This document shows positions 48,201-60,713 of a stretch of DNA of 64,000 nucleotides, in pieces (the first letter of the stretch is position 1; every line of letters begins with the position of its first letter). Origin of the DNA: Owenia fusiformis (lineage: Eukaryota); the NCBI GenBank assembly GCA_903813345.2, contig CAIIXF020000001.1, forward strand, positions 9,734,001-9,798,000. Direction: 5' to 3'. A program made the translations under genes and the position numbers. The notes below the pieces were generated by a model, which saw nothing but the letters and a program-made list of their open reading frames with translations, was not told the DNA's origin and made no database searches.

Positions 48201-51200
48201 ATTTCGAGGGTTCAACCAGAATAACAGCTAGATTTTTGAAGATTTCTGATGACTCTTCCATATCATTTTCCTATTAAGAATTCAGTGAAAAAAGGTTTGC
48301 ATTATATAACATTATTCATGTTTGATTTGATTTGACTGGGTAGCTCTATCAGTGTAAAAACTGGTATTATGAATTACAATAATTTACAATAGCAAAATGC
48401 CAGATTAAGGGCTTCAAGCTTGGCCTGGTAGTTGGTCTTTCAAACCTGTCCACACATGATGCCAGAATTGCAACCCTACTCCTGCACTTAAGGAATCTAA
48501 GTTAATTAGTCGAATTACTCATCTGACTCAGCCTACATTGAGGAAGATCTTCCAAATCCCAAAACGTCTTGATAAGAGGACAAGTTAACAAAACACAATC
48601 ATTAAAATATATATTTTGTAAGTACTAATATGGAGTGGGAGATAGTGTTAATAATATTGCCATAGATTTCATGATATCAACAATGTAATAATCTAAGTAG
48701 AAGCAGATGGGACTTTCAGATTTCCACCTCCGTATCTACCTACAAAATTCCTCCGTTAAATCATAAGTGAAACCTGAATTATATTCAGATTACGACAATA
48801 ATCAAATATAAATTAATTGACGTATGTTGAATACTCAACAGGAAATCCTGTATATAAATAATAATAAAATAAAAATAATATTTAAAGATGTCATTGTTAT
48901 TAGATATTTCCTGTGATGTCTCAAAGGGAAGGATTAATTTTCTTTCTAGAATAGAAACTTGAAAACACTGAAAGTTCGTCATTTTCGCCGCATTTTATAT
49001 CAAGACTCCCATATTTGTTACATCAGATAGCTTCACTTTATTGATAAACAAGGATCTGAATTTCCACAATGTTTTTGAATCCTGTACTTTTCAGGATGAT
49101 GAACGGTATGTTAAATTATGATTCATCATATTTTGCATAATAGAGCAGTACATGTACATGTATCAGCTATATGATAACAAATTGCTCATTTACATGTTTT
49201 TATAGTAGCAACATACTTATTACAGCTGTTGCATTTAAACAACAGATATTTTTGCAGCTTTCAGAGTTTTTTAAGCAAGCAATGACCAATAATAAGCATG
49301 CTTATTTACTACAATATAATATCATGTTATGTATGACTCTATATAGAATATAGTTATATATGTGTCTTTTATGAGAATATTAAAATGATTTGTCACGTCT
49401 TTGAGTAAAGGTTAGTCATATCATTGAGAACTGAAGGGCAATATTGTTAGTTAGGGCAATATACGGTTCTGGATTCAGACATTTGTGCGTACTTAAAAGA
49501 AATAAAAATTATATGTGCTATATGTATGTGGTATATTCAATCTCAGATATTATGAAGAAGATTAGTTTACAAGGTGCCAAGAACCATTCCAAATGAAACC
49601 GGTAAACCTTGTATTATCCACATAAAAATTAAACACAAGGAAAATTGATATGTTCCTTGATCCAAACAATATAAAACCAAAAACAAATTAAGTACAAATA
49701 CATTATTGAATTTTACACTATTTTTTAAGAATTTCTTATTTTGTAAAACATTTTCACTGGCAAATATGTTTTGTACTTATGACCCCTATGCCACATTATT
49801 GACTTCCTTGGACGTAATACTGTCAGTGATATGAATTTATGGAATGATTAATTCTGATACTGGCCTTGTTTGGGACCAATGTAGCGGGAAAAACGAGAAA
49901 GACATGTCTACCTAATCAGATCATGTGATCAATAAGTAGACGTCAGTGGAAGAAAAACACCATAGATCAATATAAGAAGTCAAAACGATAACTTGAGAAA
50001 GTTGGAACATTCCGTATTTTGTCAACCACAGAGAGAAACTTTATTTTTCTCCAATATATTTGGTCCCATAGTAATGTATACCTACCAATCTTGAACTGCA
50101 TTAAAAGATTCTTCATTGGTAACATCATACATGAGTATAAATCCCATAGCACCCCTGTAGTAAGCTGTAGTTATGGTCCTGTACCTCTCTTGGCCTGCTG
50201 TGTCCTGTAACACAAAACAAAAATGTTACCATGGTTTTGGAAGTACAGTTAAATCTGTCAGATGGAACACCTCTCTGTAGGAAACATCACTCTTAATAGA
50301 ACAGTTTTGAAACTAGGCATTAACATGCAAACACCAAATGCTGAACACCAACCACCAAACACAAATACCAGCTGCGGAACACCAAAAGCCACCACAAAAA
50401 AAGTTGGAAACTATTACAAATATGTCACCACTTGTGGTGATGACATAATGAACCAAATCAGCGCTCTTTGTGGGATTTAAGTGTAATTTTAAGTCTTGTG
50501 AATTATTAGAGGAGCACTTTGATAATATGAATTATTTGGAGGTAATGCAACACAGGGGTTTCAATGTGGGAAGAGCAATGCAAGTCTAATTGCATTCTGG
50601 TATGCCAGAGCCCCTCATATCTGCCGTTCACTTTGGAAGGATAAAGACAAAGGGGGCGAGGCTATCACAATGATCTAATTGACTCTAATTGAAAAAAGTA
50701 ATGGCCCATTTCATTCATATGAGGCAGTCACATAAACAACGCACCTGTAAACTAAATGTAGATCACCTTGACTCTATCATTAAAGCAGATATGAAATGGT
50801 ATTTTTAACCTAAAAGGAGTCAATATAATTTTTTGATAGATGTATTTGGACATGTTTTCTCATCAGTAGTGTGGAAATTATTTTACTCTAACGATCGTTA
50901 TTAGCTGCTTAATAAGCAATATTCGAATTGGTTGTGACTTTATTGGCCCCCACGTGATCTCTCACTGGTCCCCACATGGCCTGTTTTGGTCCATTGGATC
51001 ATGACGTCATAATGCCGAAATGTTTTGTTATTAGTTTACACAACAATCCTATGGTTGCCGTGACGTTGTGATTACTAAGAAACCAATAAACCAAAGCTAT
51101 ATTTTGTATATGACGTTACTAATCACGTGGGGGCCAATTTGATTAATCAGTTAGTTTTATTTCGTTATCTATGACCGTTAGCAGTTATCCTTTAAAGGAC

Positions 51201-54200
51201 AACTGAAATAACTTTTCTCAACTTGCAGCTACAAAAACGCGGTTTTCTCCATTGTAAGCCCAACGTAGAGTTCTTGCGATAGCCATTATAAAATAAATGT
51301 TAGATAACTGCTTACGGTCGTAGATAACGAAATAAAACTAACTGATAAATCAAATTGGCCCCCACTTGATTAGTAACGTCATATACAAAATATAGCTTTG
51401 GTTTATTGGTTCCATAGTAATCACAACGTCACGGCAACCATTGGATTGTTGTGTAAACAAATAACAAAACATTTTGGCATTATGACGCCATGATCTAATG
51501 GACCAAAACGGGCCATGTGGGGACCAGTGAGAGATCACGTGGGGGCCAATAAAGTCACAACCAATTCGAATATTGCTTATTAAGCAGCTAATAACGATCG
51601 TTAGAGTAAAATAATTTCCACACTACTGATGAGAAAACATGTCCAAATACATCTATCAAAAAATTATATTGATTCCTTTAGGTTAAAAATACCATTTCAT
51701 ATCTGCTTTAACTACTTGAAATCGGACTGAAAGCTGGGGGTTGGGTAATGGGAAAATGTTAGACCTCTTTCATTTGCCATTGTTATCTTATTTATTCAGC
51801 AACAAAACTTTGGATTATTCAATTAAATTCGGAACATGAACTGAATCACAATATCCCTTGATAACTGATATAAATTCATGAGTTTCAATCAATAAGGAGA
51901 ATGCTGCATTAAATGCACCATTGGGGTAATACAGCTATATCAGTTAGAATGCTTGGTTTTGAAGAACATGGTATTTCATGATGAACAGTATATCTCTAAT
52001 GCTGTGGTCACATTTGCTCTGATCTTGAACAACGGCGCCCAGCCAATGAGTATTTTGTTAAAACTGATTGTAATTTTGAAAAAATACTCATCGGCTGGGT
52101 GCTGGAACTGAAAAGCTATCAAATGTGACCACAGCATTAATAAGGTCTCTGTAGATGGCTATAAACAACTTACTTTTTTTAGACAGAAATCTTATACGTG
52201 TGTTCATAATGACAATCCCCCATCAATCCCCAATCCTTAAAATGTCATACCTCCATGGGTTCAATATCATATCGAGTTACCCATCCCCCCCCCTCCCCTC
52301 CCTTTATCCATTTCTAATCACTTTGTTAGAGAGAAAGGGGGTAGGGTATACATAAGGGGTTAATGCAAGACTATTAGACTTGTACATGTTTCATTTGGTA
52401 GAACATAAAACTGGAAACTGGTGGTTACAAGAAGTGTCAAGAAACAAAAAAATCTCAAAATCTGGATACCTCGAAAATCTGGACACCTCTAAAACCACAA
52501 ATCATTAACCTGAGTATTAGTCTTGTATATAAGGCTCTGAATAAAGGAGAAATAAATATATACTAAAAAATATAGTAGTTTGATGCTAATAAGATCATAT
52601 AAGATGGCCTTTAGTGAAAGTTTCATTTTGAATGATTGCTAGATATTCACAAAAACATAAAATCCTATTTGATTAGGTAGCTAGTTTTTATCTACTGTTT
52701 TCTCAGTGTTCTGATGGTTAAGGCTCCATCAAAGGATCATCTGTAAAACAAAGAGTGTACAGCGCTTGCATTAGGCTCTGAAAAATGTGAGTCCCAATGA
52801 AGGAAAAAAATTTAAAAAGTGAGTCCCGACTGAAAAAAGTGTGTCCTCCGATATATAAGCTAAATTAGCTATAATGGGCTATTTTGGAATGTGCATGACT
52901 GGATCTTACATGTCTTATGTGTTTTCAAAATGTTGCCATTCGTGCCCTGTGATTTAAACATGTTCTTTATATTCAATTCACTTATGTTATGTAACCTCCA
53001 GCCTGTTATAGTAAGTACTATTATACTGTGATTATCTTTATACTTGCTGTTTGCAGTTTGCCCTGAACAACTGCTTGACAAAATAAGAACATTTTTTAGT
53101 ATGAATTTGTCTGACGCTCAGTAATTTAGTGTATCACTACATTTTCTACATGATCAGAATCCTCTGATTTATATCATAAATTAGACCATTTTGACGTTAT
53201 ATAATCACAAATAGACTACTTCACCTAGGTAAGTATGCATCATTTGTACAATTGAACTCATTTTGAAGGTTTTATATCAGCTTTTCAGTGAGAAAAATAT
53301 GTCACATGCAAACTGATAACCTATTATCGCCCATTACAATAGTTCGTTTTTCTGCATTCTTTTTCTTTTTTACTCAAAATAAAGTTGTAAATCTCACATA
53401 TTTTGATCTTAATATACACCTCAAAGAAGTCAAACATGATCAACTATTGAGATTTTCAAGATTTTCAAAAATGTTCAAAGTTTTGACTCAATTTTTTTTC
53501 CGTCCCAAAAACGGAAATATTTTTTATTTTTCCGTCCTACAATTTTTTTTTGCGTCACTTACATGTAAGGGACGCCGTTAATGCAAGCCCTGAGTGTAGA
53601 TGAAGCTCTCTTTTAAGAAGCAAAACCAAACTGTTAAAAAGGGTAAGCAATCAAACTATATTATACAGTATAAGGGATCATTGTTGGCCCCTACACACAA
53701 TCACAATGTTCTATTGAGGACAGGTCCGAAGCTTGATGGAGCAAAATGATAAAGGATGATGAAAGGGGAAGTGAAATAAAGGAATCCAATTATGGACAAA
53801 AACCTTGCTCCTCATAAGAAAAAAATGAGCAAGGAAATGAGGCATTTCTATATCCTACAATGCGTCACAATTTCGCAAAACGAATTCTACTTATTAGCAA
53901 GCCTCGATAGTGAAATAACTGGCAAAACTTGGCAATAGAAATACTTATCAACTGTAAAATACATATAGACAGACACTCATTCACTTGAGAAATGCAAACA
54001 ATTCAATATAAGATTGAAGTACCAAGTGACGTATTTGATACATTGTTTTTATTAATCTCCTAAGCACACATTCGAAAAATATCAGCAAATAAGAAATATT
54101 CGAACACTGACCTTTTGAGAAAGTGATTTTTCTAGATTCTCGAAGAAATCAATAATAAAGTCATAAATCACTGCAAACACCTCAAACGTTAACAGAGATA

Positions 54201-57200
54201 GCTTTAGTAGCGTTTAATTTACATTATCATGGTTGTCTGTTTTGCTTGGATAATATCCCATCTTATATTTCATAATATTAAAATCTGTCAGAGAAGGAAA
54301 CAGGCAGTGAATTACTTTATTAAGCCAAATTATAAAACACAAAATGTGTGACATAATTGTCAATTAACAAATTGATATGTCGCTGAAACAAACCTCGAGA
54401 TATGAGACAGCTATAATTTCCCGAATATATCAACTGACTTTCTCCTCAACAGAATATTGACATAATTAGACAATTTTTAGACAGTAATCGAGTCATCTTT
54501 CTATTTTAACGAAAAACAGAATTTATTCTCGATTCAAATCGGTTATAATGAAAACACGCGCTACGCGCTAACGCGCCACGCGCCAATGCGCTAATAGAAA
54601 ATGATCCTTCCCCCACGATGTGTGCGCATGTTTATGATTGGTCTATACCCTTGGCCCAGGGACATGTATAATTAGGGTTATGACTCCCTGGGAACTTGTC
54701 AAAACATTGACACTTCAAAAACTGTATAAATCACCGCTAACCTGTCAATCAGACTTTGATGTGAACTTTGCGGCCGCAGGAAATAAACAAAGCCTCTCGA
54801 AAATTACACTTTTCAAGTTACGATTTCTCTAAAAATATAAGACCAATTAAGATGTTCTTCACACCGTTAAAAAACAGAATTCAACTTCAATTTAGGAAAT
54901 AATTCCAAAACTAAATGAACGTGTACTTTTCTCATTATTTGACCTGAAAGAACATGAGTAACTTAGAATTAATAAATATTTACGGCCAATTACCGGACAA
55001 TGATAAAACACGCTGGTGGTCGGGTTTACATTACTTTTTAAATCGTCTCTTATTTAAAACTTTAATTCCAAATGAAATACAATCCTGTTTTCAACAATAT
55101 TCCTGGTAAAATAAAAATAGGTAATGCAATTCACTGGGACTGACGTAATTCAAAACTTTTTAAATCTAAAATCAAATTGAGAAAAACGAAAGCAAACATG
55201 AAAGGGGGGTTCATAGGGGTCTTGGAAATCCATATACACTATTTTTCACAAGCCCCTCAGTCTTATACCATTTACAGCATTTTTCACCCCTTTTACATGT
55301 ATAACATACAGTGTATGCAATATTTTTCACATCTCCCTATATAGACGGTGAACCAACACGATCCTCAGAGACCCAGAGGGTGCATGAATGCACCTACTCC
55401 CTATAGTACTATATTTTACAAAAAGGTCGGGTAAATAATATATCCGTACGATAATTTTGAAATTACCGTTGAGAAAAGTTTGGATAATATTCAGAAGGAA
55501 ATAACATAATGCAAGAATCCACGTAGTACCAAATGTATAATCATACGGCAAATAGGCAGTACACAGCCCCGAAGCAAGGGGGGTTCGGAGGGTGACTTTG
55601 GAATTTTTGAAAAAGTGACCCCCCCTGGGAAATCCTGGTTACTGTCCTGGCATATGGCATATAGAGACTACTATATAGAGATCTGGATTACCCCCATAAA
55701 TGTGGGGCTGATTTTTCAAATCACCCCCACAACCAGGCCCGTAGCCAGAGGGGGAGCTGGGGGAGCGGAGCTCCCCCTCTGGCCAGAGATTCTTTCATGA
55801 TTATTAGCCAAAATTGTGAAAAAGCTTCCCCTGGAAAAAAGCTGGCTACGGGCAAGCCCCCACAACTACTTGTGTATTGAAATCCCAAATTTATGGGGAT
55901 AAGCTGGATCTGCAGTATTCGTTCAAACTGCCTTTAAATTTCATAATAGGCTTCTTTAATTCTTTTAAAACATATGTTTATATAACTTATACGATGCCAT
56001 ATACGATAAATGTTGCCCCCTCTTATGCGGCCATACACAATAGATTTTCACCCTCCTCTTATACGATAACCCTATACACCCCCCCCCCCCATGAAAGCGA
56101 AAGAGAGTAACCGGGCACGAAAAGAAAAATGGAAAAATATAAATGCGACGCCTGAATTATCCCACCGTTTGGTAAGTCATGTGAGATATAACTTCAAATA
56201 CAAAGAGTAAAGATATATAAAACATCCATGACTTGATATTAAGAGGTAACATGCGACAAATAAACATTATATTAAGTCATTAGTCAAGTAGTCGGGCCCC
56301 CGGCTCAGATTTCGAAACGGGATTTTTCTCGCCGATGGATGGACCCAAATAATGCAATGAAATAGGGAGCATATTCGCATATCTGCGACCATTCATCTTG
56401 TAAGGTGCTACTTTCTATCTTCCTTTTAAATCAGATAAAACACACTGACAATCGATAATCTTTGCACAGTTAACGATCAAACATTGGGCTTTTTCATACT
56501 TCTGCTTTCTGATGAGCCACCTAATCTCGTCACTCACTCGATTTTTATACATGTTCCCGGGCCTGTGGGAACGATCATTCTGAACAGTGCGTTAGTGCGC
56601 TAGCGCGTTAGCGCGTAGCGCGTGTTTTCATTATAACCATTCAAATCACTCTTGATTTCCTCGCAAGCAAGCATATCATTAGAAATGAATATATTCCCTT
56701 CTAAAGGGAAACACAGTTGTATCTATTTTTATTATCAAGCTATATATCATGCATACAAATGATTTGTCCTTAATATGTATATATCTTGAGACTAACTATT
56801 TATCTTGAGACTGACAGAATCTTTGAGGAGGTATACAATTCTCAGATTTATCATAAAGGTCTATTGATCTGAGCCTAATAAGGCGTATTGGAGGACGTTT
56901 AGAATCAATGATTATTGGGAAATACAGCCAGTGCTAAGCCAAACATTATGCTAGAAATTGGACCATGTAACTCTGAATGCACTCAAGAAAACATGTTGGT
57001 CAATCTCTGAAATATAAAACCCAAATTCATAAAGAAAAATCACTACAACATTTCTTAACTATAAAAATAAAGACCTTCAGGTTTTCCAATAAATGTGCAA
57101 TCACCAGATGTTTTTGTTTGAGCTTGTCAAAACAAAGAAATAATATCTGGTCAATTATCACTATTTTCTAAGTTTTTATAATAACTTGTGAATTGTGAGT

Positions 57201-57922
57201 ACTCATATTACATGAAAAACATAGTCTTGACATTCTGATATCACATCTCTTGTTTACAGAAAACTAATATCTGATTAAACTTAATGTAACTCCCACATTG
57301 AAATCAAGGTAACATATTTTGTGATAGTTAACAAAAGCTAGCAATGGCTAGGCCCGGATCTTATATAATCTTACAGAACCACAATAGTCCTGGTTCAATT
57401 TTTGCTTGACCTGCTAGTTGGTATGAAGCAACTCACTACATAGGGTTTAAATCTGTTGGCCAAGTTTCGAATAAAAGGTTCATAAATTGATCTGGCAAAA
57501 TATAGCATGGGTTACAGATACTGCAATTCAGAAATGCTCAAATAATGTATATATCCATCCATGATGAAATCAATTTTCTCTTATTTGTAATCTACATGTA
57601 CATTACATGAAGTGTAGTACTGTAAATTTATACAGAATTCAAATTAACAGAACAAGATAAAAAGTGCTTATATAAATTTAAAAATTACGGTACTTACCCA
57701 TATTTGTAATTTTACTCGTTTATCCTGTCGGAATACTGTTTTTACTTTGAAGTCAATACCAACAGTGCTTACAAATGCTGATGTAAAAGAGTCATCCGCA
57801 TATCGAAATAAAAATGATGTTTTTCCAACGCTAGAATTTCCTATGATGAGTAGTTTGAACATATAGTCAAAGTTCTGGTCTGCAGCATCCTTCTGCCATT
57901 TACTGTCGTTAGCGGAAGCCAT
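39230..57922 (-). CDS. Rab3: Ras-related protein Rab-3, spliced
   Basis: Exons 57922-57698, 50204-50086, [42424-42300 or 42243-42119], 39420-39230. Motifs [60 protein letters not shown] and C-terminal CQC prenylation motif. The ATG directly follows an acceptor, so a 5' UTR exon lies further upstream, probably outside the window. Confidence 0.97.
42119..42243 (-). CDS. Rab3: Rab3 exon 3b (canonical: [41 protein letters not shown])
   Basis: 125 nt, TTTCTAG acceptor, GTAAGT donor. Confidence 0.93.
42300..42424 (-). CDS. Rab3: Rab3 alternative exon 3a ([41 protein letters not shown])
   Basis: 125 nt, TTTCAG acceptor, GTAGGA donor, same phases as 3b, open frame with NKCD retained. Confidence 0.82.
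44625..46838. mobile_element. Non-autonomous Transib/RAG-like element
   Basis: Ends CACGGTGCCCAAGTAAAGCTGCGCGCCTACT and (reverse complement) CACGATGCCCATGTCAAGCAGCGTGCCTACT; GAAAA on both flanks (44620-44624, 46839-46843); subterminal CAAACTGCGYGCCTA repeats. Confidence 0.72.
45424..46490 (-). mobile_element. Deleted mariner element nested in the Transib-like element
   Basis: TA|CGAGGGTTGTCCCAGAAGTAATGCACTATATGCTCTAACTTT perfect TIR at both ends. Internal minus-strand remnant [37 protein letters not shown] (45813-46028) resembles the mariner transposase HTH and GRP linker. Confidence 0.88.
47190..47800. repeat. Degenerate ~20-21-bp minisatellite (TGAATRAC..GAGTTCAATC-like)
   Basis: Recurrent TGAAT...AGTTC motifs at about 20-21 nt spacing, clearest at 47640-47800. 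Confidence 0.5.
50784..51707. mobile_element. Foldback MITE with ~400-bp TIRs and TTAA TSD (Kolobok-like)
   Basis: TTAA|AGCAGATATGAAATGG...CCATTTCATATCTGCT|TTAA. Arms near 50784-51190 and 51300-51707 are near-identical reverse complements. Confidence 0.9.
51999..52137. mobile_element. Short palindromic MITE
   Basis: TAATGCTGTGGTCACATTTG...CAAATGTGACCACAGCATTA plus an inner inverted pair CCCAGCCAATGAGTATTTT / AAAATACTCATCGGCTGGG. Confidence 0.8.
52760..53592. mobile_element. TIR element with CAG...CTG ends (hAT-like ends)
   Basis: CAGCGCTTGCATTA...TAATGCAAGCCCTG with AGTGTA on both flanks. Confidence 0.6.
54541..56638. mobile_element. Non-autonomous Mutator-like element (MULE)
   Basis: GGTTATAATGAAAACACGCGCTACGCGCTAACGCGC TIRs; 9-bp TSD ATTCAAATC (54532-54540, 56639-56647). 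Confidence 0.85.
55734..55856. mobile_element. Small TIR element nested in the MULE
   Basis: CAGGCCCGTAGCCAG...CTGGCTACGGGCAAG flanked by CCCCCACAAC direct repeats. Confidence 0.75.
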
Positions 57923-60500
57923 CTGAAAAATAGAGCGAATATGTTGAGCCATTTCAGCAAACGACATATTTAATGTTCCTTTGATATAACAATAGTAAAA
58001 ACTGCCAAAAAATCACCATTTAATATCAATAGTATTGACTTGAGGTATAAGTGTATTTCTATTTAAAGCATTATACACATATACGCTACATGGGGGCTTT
58101 ACAAATAATTGCCTTCAATTTGCCAAAAGCAGGCATTGAAAAATCAAAGCGGACTTTACATAAAGATGCAGTATAATGTTAAAACCAGATTTTCTGTTTT
58201 TCAATAACAGATATTAAGTTCAAACAAAAATGCTTATAAAACCACTGACTGGCACAGAAATGCTAAAATTGTATCTGCTTCATCATGGAGAAACCCCAGG
58301 GAGAAACTCCCACAGCTTAGGAAGAGACAATAAATAATTCAACCAGCTCAGTTGATTCATTATACGTTAATGATTGCCAGTAGTCACCAAGGGCAGTAAG
58401 AAATAAACTCCTTCGCCTAAAAATGAGATTCTAATAAGAGCATCTTCCTGTTCAAGGTTCAGTGTTCTATTCAGTGAATACGAATATGTGTAATGAAGAC
58501 ATGTATGAACAATCTTTGACACGAATACCTCTCTCCTTAATGAGCACATTTCTTTAGCATAACGTTTCTTGGTCACTAAGGTGACTGACTTGCATGTAAC
58601 CAAACCATACAGAAGCTTATTAGAACCCATTCTGATACTCATACCATCTCTCTGTTGCATCCAGAAGGATAGAGATGACGAGATGGAGAGGGTGTGGCTT
58701 CGTTACCACGATGATTAGAACCCTACTGAATGAACTTATTTATGTAAATATATAGCAATAGCCCCATCTACAGAAATTGACTAAATATGTCTTCATCTTT
58801 GCTTCCAACTCTGGAAAATAATTGTTTGATAATTATTTTCCATCACATTATAAATACAATTATAACAAACACTGACGGGCTGTCTGATAATGTACAAGAC
58901 TTCCTTTACTTTATATGTTTAATATCAAAGAATAATTTTCAAGAAGAACAATATAATTGTTAGTACCTTACTCTTAATAAATACCTAATGACTGGTATTA
59001 CTGGTTAACTGCCTGACAGTCAATTTTCTTTATGATGTCATAATGATGAATCAGACTCAAAAAAGGAGAGATAAACTTAGTCAAGGAGTTAAATTATTCT
59101 ATTGCATTACATCACCAAATGTCTATCAATGAAGGGATGATTTATGATTAATTAACATTTTAAGCTTCTGCATACAGAAGCACTGCCTGTAAATAAAATG
59201 TCTATCACCCATACATGACATATGAAAACCAACAGTAACCGAAAAACAAGACAAATGACATATATATGGGCATAGCTCAGAACTAACTATACATCATTTA
59301 AAAAAGTAGAATCATTCAGAATGTGAAAGATCATACCCTGCACACAGAGTCTAGTTATTAACTACGAAGCTCTCTATAAGAAGCGAAGTCAAACGAATGC
59401 AAACATAGAAAGATCAAAGTATTTTCAATATAGACATAATGCCTGAGTAGCCAGAGATTTATTCAGAAGATATTACTTTTTGCCTGATATCAAAAGACAA
59501 CTTGTTCCGTGTAATGACATGCTCAACCTCCAATATTATAACATGGATGAGAGGATGGCATTCCACTTGCACTTTATCACATATTAGTATGTCACTCACT
59601 GCATATTAAGGAAATTAAACCGAGCAAGATCAAATAAATTGTCTAGGTATGACAATCTAAAAATACTTAAACACATGGCATGGTAAATTTGATATATATA
59701 ATATTACCCATATAATAAAGTACATACATTATAATGAAGTCATTAGCACTTGTTATCTATACTGCATTCATTACTGATGTGAAAATAATATTCTGTATAT
59801 ATTCACTGATATTTTCCTTTGTAAACCGTAAACCATTTACAATATGTTCAGTCATGGTTTATTTCATTTCTTCAATCATAACCTTAAAACAATTAAAACA
59901 AGGCATTAACATGCAAAATGTCACCACCTGCCATTCATTACAGATGCAGAATGCCAAAGACCAACCACCAAATGCCAAAAACACCAACCACCAAATGCCA
60001 AAAACACCAACCGCCAAACACCATCCCAAAAAAGTTGGAGACTATTACAATATGTACTTCCTATGATGGTGAAATTAAACTTAACATTTCTATTAAACTG
60101 TGACCTTAGAGTTTTCTGTAAGATGATAGATAACAGGTTTGTCAAATACAGATTCCTTTTACACTGGCTTGATCCTACTATATAATTGAAAGCTCTTACA
60201 TAATTCCGAACTGAGGCAATGTTTTACGGTATTCCCTGGATGCACATCATATAAATACATCTACTAGTGCATGATTGAGAGAATTTCTTTTTTGTGTCAT
60301 AAGAGGCACTCACACAAGAACATCTATATCGATGTCATAAACAGAGGGAAGTCTATCGAGAAAATTAATAGGGCAATTTCACAAAACAACACAGTCCAAC
60401 ACGTTTATACTTTAGGGATTCAAACATAACACTAATACTGAGACTAGTGGTGTCATCTATGATAGGGCTACTTAATTATGGCATCACATGACCTCATCAC

Positions 60501-60713
60501 AACCAAACAATCAATCAACCAACCAATTAATCAACCATCCAACCAACCCATCATGATTCACCATGACATCTCATTTCTTCTCAGCCCTCAGAATATGCCT
60601 CATAATATCAGAGCATGTTTCAGGTGAAACAGAAAGATGCTATGAGTATCAGAATGCAACCAACCAATCAATCAACCATCCAATCAACCAATCAATCAAT
60701 CAAGCAACCAACC
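60501..60713. repeat. Two (CAAY)n tetranucleotide tracts
   Basis: CAAC/CAAT runs near 60501-60550 and 60655-60713. Confidence 0.8.

Noticed and set aside
57923-57967. N-terminal extension [15 protein letters not shown] of Rab3
   Set aside because: Lies upstream of a TTTTCAG acceptor immediately before the conserved MAS start; probably intronic.
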